The notes under the pieces are model-generated. The model ran no database searches, was not told the origin of the DNA, and worked only from the letters and a program-made list of their open reading frames with translations. Shown here piece by piece: positions 1-6,071 of a stretch of 36,950 nt of DNA. Every line of letters starts with the position of its first letter. Positions within the stretch are counted from its first letter, which is position 1. The position numbers and the translations under genes were made by a program. Source of the DNA: a virus (taxonomy: Duplodnaviria; Caudoviricetes); IMG/VR virus record IMGVR_UViG_3300022858_000223, positions 1-36,950 of that record; one strand, written 5' to 3'.

Positions 1-29
1 AAATTATTTCGTAGGTTGTCATAGGGTTA

Positions 30-590
30 TTAAAGAATCTCAATGCCACTTTCTTTTAAGGCATCTAAAGATTTCTTACTAATTTTAATTGTTACTTTTT
101 CATCTTCTTCTAAATCAAGTTTGAAGTCAATAATACTTTCAACAACTTCTTTATCAAATTCAGGAATTTCAGCTAATTGTTTCCATTGTTTTGTAGTTAC
201 TTTTTTCCATTCATCTGACCAACTATTTTTATTTAATTCCAATTTCAAATCTTTTAGAATTTCTTTTACAATTTTATTAATTTCATTCCACCTATCTTTT
301 GTAACAGACTTATTAAAGACGTAACAATTTTTCTGATAACCAATTCCTTTAGATTCATATTTTCCTTCTCCTAAACAAAATATCATTTTTTCTGACATTT
401 TTAACCCTCCAGAATACTTGCAGGAATCGCAGGAATTGCAGGAATCGCAGTAATTGCAGTAATTGCAGGAATTGCAGAAATTGCAGGAATTGCAGAAATT
501 GCAGGAATTGCAGGAATTGCAGGAATTGCAGGAATTGCAGGAAACGCAGGAATTGCAGTTAATTAAATTGTTTGAATTTTTATTTTCCAT
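30..590 (-). CDS. Cys-x-x (CNS) tripeptide-repeat protein, predicted beta-solenoid N-terminus
   Basis: 16 consecutive CxX triplets (CNSCVSCNS...CKY) followed by a globular C-terminal region. Confidence 0.85.
   Translation of the reverse strand: MENKNSNNLINCNSCVSCNSCNSCNSCNSCNFCNSCNFCNSCNYCNYCDSCNSCDSCKYSGGLKMSEKMIFCLGEGKYESKGIGYQKNCYVFNKSVTKDRWNEINKIVKEILKDLKLELNKNSWSDEWKKVTTKQWKQLAEIPEFDKEVVESIIDFKLDLEEDEKVTIKISKKSLDALKESGIEIL
414..558. repeat. 9-nt tandem repeat (GGAATTGCA-like) encoding the CNS repeats
   Basis: Directly visible tandem units, inside the 30..590 CDS. Confidence 0.9.
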
Positions 591-594
591 AAAT

Positions 595-681
595 TTAATC
601 CTTAATCTTTAAGTAAATTATTATCCAGACTGGTAGTAGCATAATCGCCACTCCAATTATTGTTATTATTGTTTGTTGCAT
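595..681 (-). CDS. 28-aa single-TM peptide (MQQTIITIIGVAIMLLPVWIIIYLKIKD)
   Basis: Manual translation; hydrophobic core; ends 4 nt before the next ATG. Confidence 0.6.
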   Translation of the reverse strand: MQQTIITIIGVAIMLLPVWIIIYLKIKD

Positions 682-735
682 TATCTCTTATTAATTATTT
701 ACTTAAATCTAATGGGGTGCTTTGCCTCGTCCACC

Positions 736-808
736 AACTACCCAGCGAGGCTAAGAGACACATAATGTGTTTCGTTCCTGCGAACTCATCAGTCTTAGAC
801 GGGTAGCC
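736..808 (-). ncRNA. Hammerhead ribozyme, type I (core 751..798)
   Basis: Minus strand reads CUAAGA-CUGAUGA-GUUC(GCAG)GAAC-GAA-ACACA(UUA)UGUGU-C-UCUUAG: full consensus core with three perfect stems. Cleavage is predicted after GUC, between 757 and 756. Stem I extends via GGCUACCC/GGGUAGUU. Confidence 0.95.
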
Positions 809-860
809 TAACGTTCCTATTCACAACACCCCTAATAGGACTCAGATTTCAATAAACAAC

Positions 861-975
861 TAATCTCAACTCGCTAGAGGCTACCACACAATGTGTGGTT
901 CTAAGTGGAAGGAGGTGAATCCTTGTTAGGAGGTTTAGTCCTTTAAAGAACAATTCCTATAACGAGTTGGGGTTA
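861..975 (-). ncRNA. Putative structured RNA with two CCUCCU (anti-SD-like) motifs
   Basis: Closing stem 867..876 with 960..969; internal hairpins at 883..899, 909..924 and 928..942; no sizeable ORF. Strand assumed from operon direction. Confidence 0.55.
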
Positions 976-1060
976 ATTACTGTCCTAGGGAAAGGTTTTT
1001 ATTCGCCTTCCCCCCACAGACATTTCCCTCATAATGAGTATTTAAACCTATTTATGGGTT

Positions 1061-1237
1061 TTAATTAGACCAAGACCCAGACCGAGACCCAGACCAAGAC
1101 CCAGACCGAGACCCAGACCGAGACCGAGACCAAGACTGAGACCAAGACCGAGACCCAGACCCAGACCAAGACCAAGACCGAGACCCAGACCGAGACCCAG
1201 ACCAAGGTGATAAACTATAAGTATTAATCAAAAACAT
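1061..1237 (-). CDS. 58-aa (W/R/G)-Ser dipeptide-repeat peptide, RS-domain-like
   Basis: Manual translation MFLINTYSLSP-WSGSRSGSRSWSWSGSGSRSWSQSWSRSRSGSRSGSWSGSRSGSWS-N. ATG lies 3 nt after the upstream stop; below the ORF-track length cutoff. Confidence 0.75.
   Translation of the reverse strand: MFLINTYSLSPWSGSRSGSRSWSWSGSGSRSWSQSWSRSRSGSRSGSWSGSRSGSWSN
1067..1204. repeat. 23 tandem hexamers (minus strand NGG-TCT, one CAG-TCT)
   Basis: Directly counted: 7 W, 8 G, 7 R and 1 Q codon, each followed by TCT. Confidence 0.95.
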
Positions 1238-1240
1238 ATC

Positions 1241-1552
1241 TTACCATTTTAATTTATAAAATGATTCAATAGCTTGACGCATTACATAACAATTTTTTGG
1301 AAGTTTTTGCTTATCATCTGCTGCTTTAGCATCATATTGTCCAGTTTCAAATACTACACTAGCATCTTCTAATTCAATGTAAGTACCATTAATTGATTTA
1401 ACTTTTCCGTGATAAATGTATCTAGCACATTGAAAAAGATAAGTTTCTCCAATCAAATCTTCTAAATTATTTATCTCTTTTACTTGGATTTCAGACCCAA
1501 GTTGGTCTTTGATTTTTTCGAGTGTTTCATCACTCACTTCGATTGTTGGCAT
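1241..1552 (-). CDS. Sm/LSm-like (SH3-type small beta-barrel) protein
   Basis: Sm1-like pattern LEDLIGETYLF...YHGKVKSINGTYIELEDA and Sm2-like CYVMRQAIESF. Confidence 0.6.
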   Translation of the reverse strand: MPTIEVSDETLEKIKDQLGSEIQVKEINNLEDLIGETYLFQCARYIYHGKVKSINGTYIELEDASVVFETGQYDAKAADDKQKLPKNCYVMRQAIESFYKLKW

Positions 1553-1564
1553 AAGTTTTTTTAT

Positions 1565-1933
1565 TTAATTAATTACCTCTATATTTAAAGTTCTTTTTCC
1601 CCAGTTAAGTGCGTCTGTCTTATGCTCAAACCAAATATCAAACACCTCGCACCCGTATCTACTATTCATTCTGTCTTCAACGACGTAAGTTCTCTCACCA
1701 ATTCGTACGAGAATGCCGAAAGGCTGACAATTATTAGCAACAATGTTACCACCATTATGCAAATCATAGCCACTGGCAGTAATAAAAGGCGAATCGTCAC
1801 ATTGCCCAACTTCACTATTATAGCCATAGACTGTCGCTTCAATGATTGTTGTTTTTTCATAGTCACACACGACACTTTGCAGGGTGCAGGGATCGGGAAA
1901 TGCAAGTGCCATAATAATTAATAGTAAGGTCAT
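1565..1933 (-). CDS. 3D-domain protein (MltA-like 3D/DPBB family) with hydrophobic N-terminus
   Basis: Motifs YNSEVGQCDDSPFITASG, VANNCQPFG, VVEDR, FDIWF and ALNWGKR. Confidence 0.85.
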   Translation of the reverse strand: MTLLLIIMALAFPDPCTLQSVVCDYEKTTIIEATVYGYNSEVGQCDDSPFITASGYDLHNGGNIVANNCQPFGILVRIGERTYVVEDRMNSRYGCEVFDIWFEHKTDALNWGKRTLNIEVIN

Positions 1934-1936
1934 ATG

Positions 1937-2341
1937 TTATTTAATTTGTTTATATAAATTATTAACAATAAAACTAAATTTCTCAGCTACCATTTCTCGT
2001 TCATTTTCTATATAAATTGGTTCAACGTATCTTGAATGAGCTAATTCATTAAATTGCCAATCAATTATATGCCAAGCCTCGTGAAGAAGATAAAGTCTAA
2101 TATAATTAAAATCTTTTTCTTCATATAATTGTCTACCTCCTTTTCTAACAAATAAAGTTATTTGATTATAAGGATAATGAGATTTAATACTAAAAGTTTT
2201 TTCTTCATCTTCACTATCAGCTTCTTGTTCTTCATAAATTACAGTTATTTTATAGCTTTTTAATTGACAAATATCTAAAATAACATTTGAAAAATAATCT
2301 GCAAACCATTTTAACATTTCTTTTTCTTGTTTTTTATTCAT
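1937..2341 (-). CDS. Small zincin-like metallopeptidase (HEXXH)
   Basis: LLHEAWH followed by a downstream Glu helix (EREMVAE). Confidence 0.6.
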   Translation of the reverse strand: MNKKQEKEMLKWFADYFSNVILDICQLKSYKITVIYEEQEADSEDEEKTFSIKSHYPYNQITLFVRKGGRQLYEEKDFNYIRLYLLHEAWHIIDWQFNELAHSRYVEPIYIENEREMVAEKFSFIVNNLYKQIK

Positions 2342-2349
2342 ATTATTAT

Positions 2350-3525
2350 TTATTTATTATATATCTCTATGTCAAACGATACTTTATTATCTAAACTCTT
2401 TTTAACATCTTCATCAATAGTTCCCTTAACTATTAGTGATAGGTAGACGTTCTTCTTTAAGTGGTTGGCTCTTAAAATTCTACCTTTCATTTGTTTATAG
2501 TTTTTAAAACTGAAGTCGTATGAGTAAAACACCATTAATGGGTATGACCATATCTTATCATTCCCCTCTGAACAAGCGGCGTTCATTAAAAGTATACTTT
2601 CTTCTTTTGCATTCTCTCTTATAGATATTTCATTTTTATTCTTTGTCTCACCATTTATTATGGTACCACCTATTTCTTTTTGTATTGTTTCAAGTTCAGC
2701 ATTATATCTACAAACAACTATTACTTTTTTGTGTTCTTTGCAGATGTCTTTGAGTCGTTCGAGTTTTTCACTTTTATAATATTTTGTATCTGTATATCCG
2801 TCTCCCTTCCTTGTTCCTCCACAGACTTGATGAATAGCTGTCCACTTGACGATATGATTGGTTTCTTCAGACTTGATAACATTGATAGCTCTTCGCTGGT
2901 CAACTGTAAGTCCGAAGTATTCTGTTTGGTAGATTTGTTCGGGGACATCGACGCAGTCTTGGAGTTTGACGGTGTTTCCGATGGTGGCAACGAGCTTTGC
3001 GATTTGGGGTTCGATTCCTTTTTTGACCATAGGGATATAACGAGAACCCATACGCACATTAGTAAAGTAGCTATCAAAAAACTTTCTATAGTTCCAGTTA
3101 TAACCAAGGATACGAGCAAGGCAGTAAATATTAAATGGAGTACTAAGATAAGGAGTAGCAGTTAGAAGGTAAATATATTGTGGGTTGTGTTTTTTGACAT
3201 ATTTTATTAATGATTTATGCATCTGACTTTTGATGCCTGAGAAGTAATGTGCTTCGTCTATTATTAGGCAGTTAACTTTTCTATAATCTTTCCAGTCTTT
3301 TCTAAATTCCTCTTTACTAACTACACTTATGAAACCACCTGTCTGTTCAATCCATTGTTCTTTAATGCTCTTAGGACATACTACAATTATATCTAATTCA
3401 TCAGAAGAATTTTTATGAGCCAATCGTATCGCTGCAAGTGTCTTGCCTGTTCCACATTCCCACGCCAGTAAATGTTTATCTGGGGCGAGGTCTACGAGTT
3501 GTTGTTGATGTTTGTAGAGTTTCAT
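2350..3525 (-). CDS. SF2 SNF2-like helicase/ATPase
   Basis: Q-motif LYKHQ, Walker A GTGKT, DEAH, motif III TAT and motif VI QMKGRILR. Confidence 0.9.
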   Translation of the reverse strand: MKLYKHQQQLVDLAPDKHLLAWECGTGKTLAAIRLAHKNSSDELDIIVVCPKSIKEQWIEQTGGFISVVSKEEFRKDWKDYRKVNCLIIDEAHYFSGIKSQMHKSLIKYVKKHNPQYIYLLTATPYLSTPFNIYCLARILGYNWNYRKFFDSYFTNVRMGSRYIPMVKKGIEPQIAKLVATIGNTVKLQDCVDVPEQIYQTEYFGLTVDQRRAINVIKSEETNHIVKWTAIHQVCGGTRKGDGYTDTKYYKSEKLERLKDICKEHKKVIVVCRYNAELETIQKEIGGTIINGETKNKNEISIRENAKEESILLMNAACSEGNDKIWSYPLMVFYSYDFSFKNYKQMKGRILRANHLKKNVYLSLIVKGTIDEDVKKSLDNKVSFDIEIYNK

Positions 3526-4082
3526 CTCCCTGCTATTATTTTATTACGTTTGACTTCTACCCCTGGAATTATGTTGCAGGGTTTGAGGGCATCAGCTCGT
3601 AGGGCTACCATATCTATTACCCAATATTTCTTAGGGACTAACTTTTCATCTGTAATTATCACTTCTTTATTTGTTCTAAAGTGTATATTGCCTTTTAGTT
3701 TTTCTTCTAGATAAGATATTTTTTTAATCTCTTCGTGTATTTCATTATTTTGTCTTCCAGGTACTAACTTATTCTGTAACTCTCTTCTTTTTTTAATTTT
3801 ATCCGCTTCTATCACATCTGAATATACTACTATTTTCTTCTCTAACGTTTCACAAGTGTCTTTCAGGAGGCTCTCAAGGGGCTTGTAGTCCAACCTAATC
3901 AGTCTTAAGGACTCATTTATAGGTTTAGTCTTTGCTTCTTTATGTTCTTTAATTTTTTTTGAAACCTGCTTAATGTTGGATAATATCTGACTACCCTCGT
4001 CAAAGGTAAATTTGTCAGTTATCTTATGTTCGTTAGCCGTCTTAGCTATCGCTGTTGTTTTAGTTTGTAGTTCTGTGTTCAT
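3522..4082 (-). CDS. Gp157/Gam-like coiled-coil phage protein
   Basis: Long helical N-terminus; C-terminal ITDEKLVPKKYW...IPGVEV pattern; next to SSB. Confidence 0.55.
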   Translation of the reverse strand: MNTELQTKTTAIAKTANEHKITDKFTFDEGSQILSNIKQVSKKIKEHKEAKTKPINESLRLIRLDYKPLESLLKDTCETLEKKIVVYSDVIEADKIKKRRELQNKLVPGRQNNEIHEEIKKISYLEEKLKGNIHFRTNKEVIITDEKLVPKKYWVIDMVALRADALKPCNIIPGVEVKRNKIIAGR

Positions 4083-4092
4083 AATTTTATTA

Positions 4093-4169
4093 TTCAGACT
4101 GGGAGAGATGGTGTAGTCACTATGAGTGAATGTACATCACCCACTGCTCGCACCTCTCCCAGACTTGAA
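4093..4169 (-). ncRNA. Intergenic GC-rich structured element
   Basis: CTGGGAGAG (4099..4107) and CTCTCCCAG (4154..4162) form a closing stem with nested helices; no U-tract. Confidence 0.5.
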
Positions 4170-4175
4170 TATTAC

Positions 4176-4565
4176 TTACTCAAAGCTCTCTGGCATTGCG
4201 TCTTCTGTAGCTACTTCAAACGATTCATCTTTTTCACCTACATACGGTACGATACTTTTGGCGGCGTTGTAGCCCTTAACCTTTGCAGGGATTTCCTCTT
4301 TGAATAGTAATCCTACTACCATACCTGGCTCTACGTTCTTTAGTCTGTCGTTGACGAAGGAATTTTCTTTCTTAACTCCTACGTTCCAGAGTTCACCGTC
4401 TTCGGTGTTCTTGATGACGTATACGATTTGAGCTGGGAATTGATCTTGTCCAGCTTTCTCGTACTTCTCTGTTAGTGTTCCTTTGATTTTGTCCCCTACT
4501 TTTTCAAACTTGAACCAGTTTGATTGTGGGATATTCTCGTCTGAGAATAGTTCGTCTTTTGCCAT
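4176..4565 (-). CDS. Single-stranded DNA-binding protein (OB fold)
   Basis: WFKFEKVGDKIKGTL beta-rich core and acidic C-tail ending ESFE; replication context. Confidence 0.65.
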   Translation of the reverse strand: MAKDELFSDENIPQSNWFKFEKVGDKIKGTLTEKYEKAGQDQFPAQIVYVIKNTEDGELWNVGVKKENSFVNDRLKNVEPGMVVGLLFKEEIPAKVKGYNAAKSIVPYVGEKDESFEVATEDAMPESFE

Positions 4566-4607
4566 AGTGTTTAATGTTTAATCTTTAGGCTTTAATATGT
4601 CAACGAG

Positions 4608-4727
4608 TTATATTAATTTACGAGCTATATCGTTTATTTCATCTAAAGCTTTTGTTAGCTTTTCAACTTTATCTTTTAAATCATTAATTTCATCTTCAAA
4701 TTCGTCGCATTGTTTACAATCTTCCAT
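4608..4727 (-). CDS. 39-aa CxxC coiled-coil peptide
   Basis: Manual translation MEDCKQCDEFEDEINDLKDKVEKL...; tiles with neighbours. Confidence 0.55.
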   Translation of the reverse strand: MEDCKQCDEFEDEINDLKDKVEKLTKALDEINDIARKLI

Positions 4728-4732
4728 AGTTG

Positions 4733-4846
4733 TTAGTCGTTATTATTTATCGCATTGACTTCTTGGTTGATGTAATCCTCTCGACTGTGGTCAGCCGAAT
4801 AGTCGTCATAGGCATACTGGTCTTCTTTTGTAATTTCGTCATTCAT
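4733..4846 (-). CDS. 37-aa acidic hypothetical peptide
   Basis: Manual translation MNDEITKEDQYAYDDYSADH...; ATGA overlap with the upstream ORF. Confidence 0.5.
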   Translation of the reverse strand: MNDEITKEDQYAYDDYSADHSREDYINQEVNAINNND

Positions 4847-5022
4847 ATATTTAAATTTAATTGTTTAGTATTATCAGAAATGCCTTGTTCTATATTTTGT
4901 GTCTGTTGCATTGTACCTTCGTATCCACAACTTACACACCACACCCAATTCCTAGCGTCTTTAGGACTTGCGATGGCTTGTGCACCGCATTGTGGGCAAG
5001 TTTTGTCGAAGGGTAGGGACAT
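4843..5022 (-). CDS. 59-aa zinc-ribbon protein
   Basis: CPQCG...WCVSCG by manual translation. Confidence 0.65.
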   Translation of the reverse strand: MSLPFDKTCPQCGAQAIASPKDARNWVWCVSCGYEGTMQQTQNIEQGISDNTKQLNLNI

Positions 5023-5023
5023 A

Positions 5024-5149
5024 TTATTTATATATTGCTATTAGTAAGGTTACCCAACTTGCTATTGCACAGACCAGCATAAATTGAAAGTCTAAGTTGC
5101 GGGACTTTATTGTTTGTAATTGTTTCCACGTTGTTTGGTACTTTTTCAT
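5024..5149 (-). CDS. 41-aa peptide with C-terminal TM helix
   Basis: Manual translation ...FQFMLVCAIASWVTLLIAIYK; tight gene packing. Confidence 0.5.
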   Translation of the reverse strand: MKKYQTTWKQLQTIKSRNLDFQFMLVCAIASWVTLLIAIYK

Positions 5150-5152
5150 ATG

Positions 5153-5350
5153 CTATTCCCCCCCCCATACCACCTTGCCACCTGTTATGGTTACAGTGAT
5201 GCCTAATTTATTAAGTTTAAGTACTGTGTCTATGTTGAAGTTGCAATTTGTGTTCGCTATCCGCCATAGGTTACCATAATGTAGTCCTGTCTCCTTGCAC
5301 ACGCTGTAGAGCGATCTGTCCTTTGATTTTAGTAATTCTTTGAGTGTCAT
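5153..5350 (-). CDS. Cro/CI-type HTH regulator
   Basis: SLYSVCKETGLHYGNLWRIAN helix-turn-helix; first gene after a promoter. Confidence 0.8.
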   Translation of the reverse strand: MTLKELLKSKDRSLYSVCKETGLHYGNLWRIANTNCNFNIDTVLKLNKLGITVTITGGKVVWGGE

Positions 5351-5380
5351 TTTGTTTGGTTATTTCTTTAACTTACTATC

Positions 5381-5427
5381 AGTATACGCTACATATTATA
5401 TACTGTCAAGGGTATAGGTGTGGATAA
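5381..5427 (-). promoter_or_regulatory. Sigma70 promoter with upstream DnaA-box
   Basis: TTGACA (5409..5404)-17 nt-TATACT (5386..5381); TTATCCACA at 5419..5427. Confidence 0.85.
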
Positions 5428-5835
5428 CTATAATAGCTTCTTCTGTTTAGATTGACTTAGACGTGCCTTTATTATGTTTATATATTCTTCTTCTCGTTCT
5501 ATTAGTATGAAGTCCCGCCCTGTATTCTGACACGCTACTCCTGTTGTACCTGAACCCGCGAACGGATCGAGGACACATCCTGAGTCCTCAACATTACACG
5601 CCATACGGTGTTGAGTTCTACTACCTGCAAATATAAGGGCAGTACCCCCTGGTTTTAACACCCTTAGACATTCCTGCCAAATAGCTACACTAGGCACATC
5701 ATAGTCCCATTTCTTACCCATAAAGCTAAGACCATAGGGTGGGTCAGTTATTATGGTGTCGACAGAGTTGTCAGGTAGCTTATCTAATTGTATTATGCAG
5801 TCTCCGTGAATTACTTTATTTATTAGGTCTTTCAT
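5428..5835 (-). CDS. N6A/N4C DNA methyltransferase (beta class) with large internal deletion; possible pseudogene
   Basis: DPPY catalytic motif and VLDPFAGSGTTG SAM motif are both present, but only 135 aa; central region missing. Confidence 0.8.
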   Translation of the reverse strand: MKDLINKVIHGDCIIQLDKLPDNSVDTIITDPPYGLSFMGKKWDYDVPSVAIWQECLRVLKPGGTALIFAGSRTQHRMACNVEDSGCVLDPFAGSGTTGVACQNTGRDFILIEREEEYINIIKARLSQSKQKKLL

Positions 5836-5838
5836 AAA

Positions 5839-5970
5839 TTAATTATCAATAACATCTACAATAACATCACACAATTTAATGTAACTTCTCATATTAGCCA
5901 TCTCATTAGCATAATCTTGACAAGCCTTAATTATTTTTTCTTTCTGTTTTTTAGTTAGATTGTTTCTCAT
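5839..5970 (-). CDS. 43-aa hypothetical peptide
   Basis: Manual translation MRNNLTKKQKEKIIKACQDY... Confidence 0.5.
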   Translation of the reverse strand: MRNNLTKKQKEKIIKACQDYANEMANMRSYIKLCDVIVDVIDN

Positions 5971-6071
5971 ACTTTTATTTATTATTAATCATATAGTTAC
6001 CATTAGTGTTAGTTGAAAATCTAAATGTAGAAGCACTAGCATTTCCATTGAAGTTTAATCTAATCATACTT

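Noticed and set aside
876-905. Second hammerhead (hairpin resembles stem III of the first)
   Set aside because: No CUGANGA and no GAAA core.
1067-1204. CRISPR array or telomere-like repeat
   Set aside because: Contiguous hexamers with no spacers; they read as an intact ORF.
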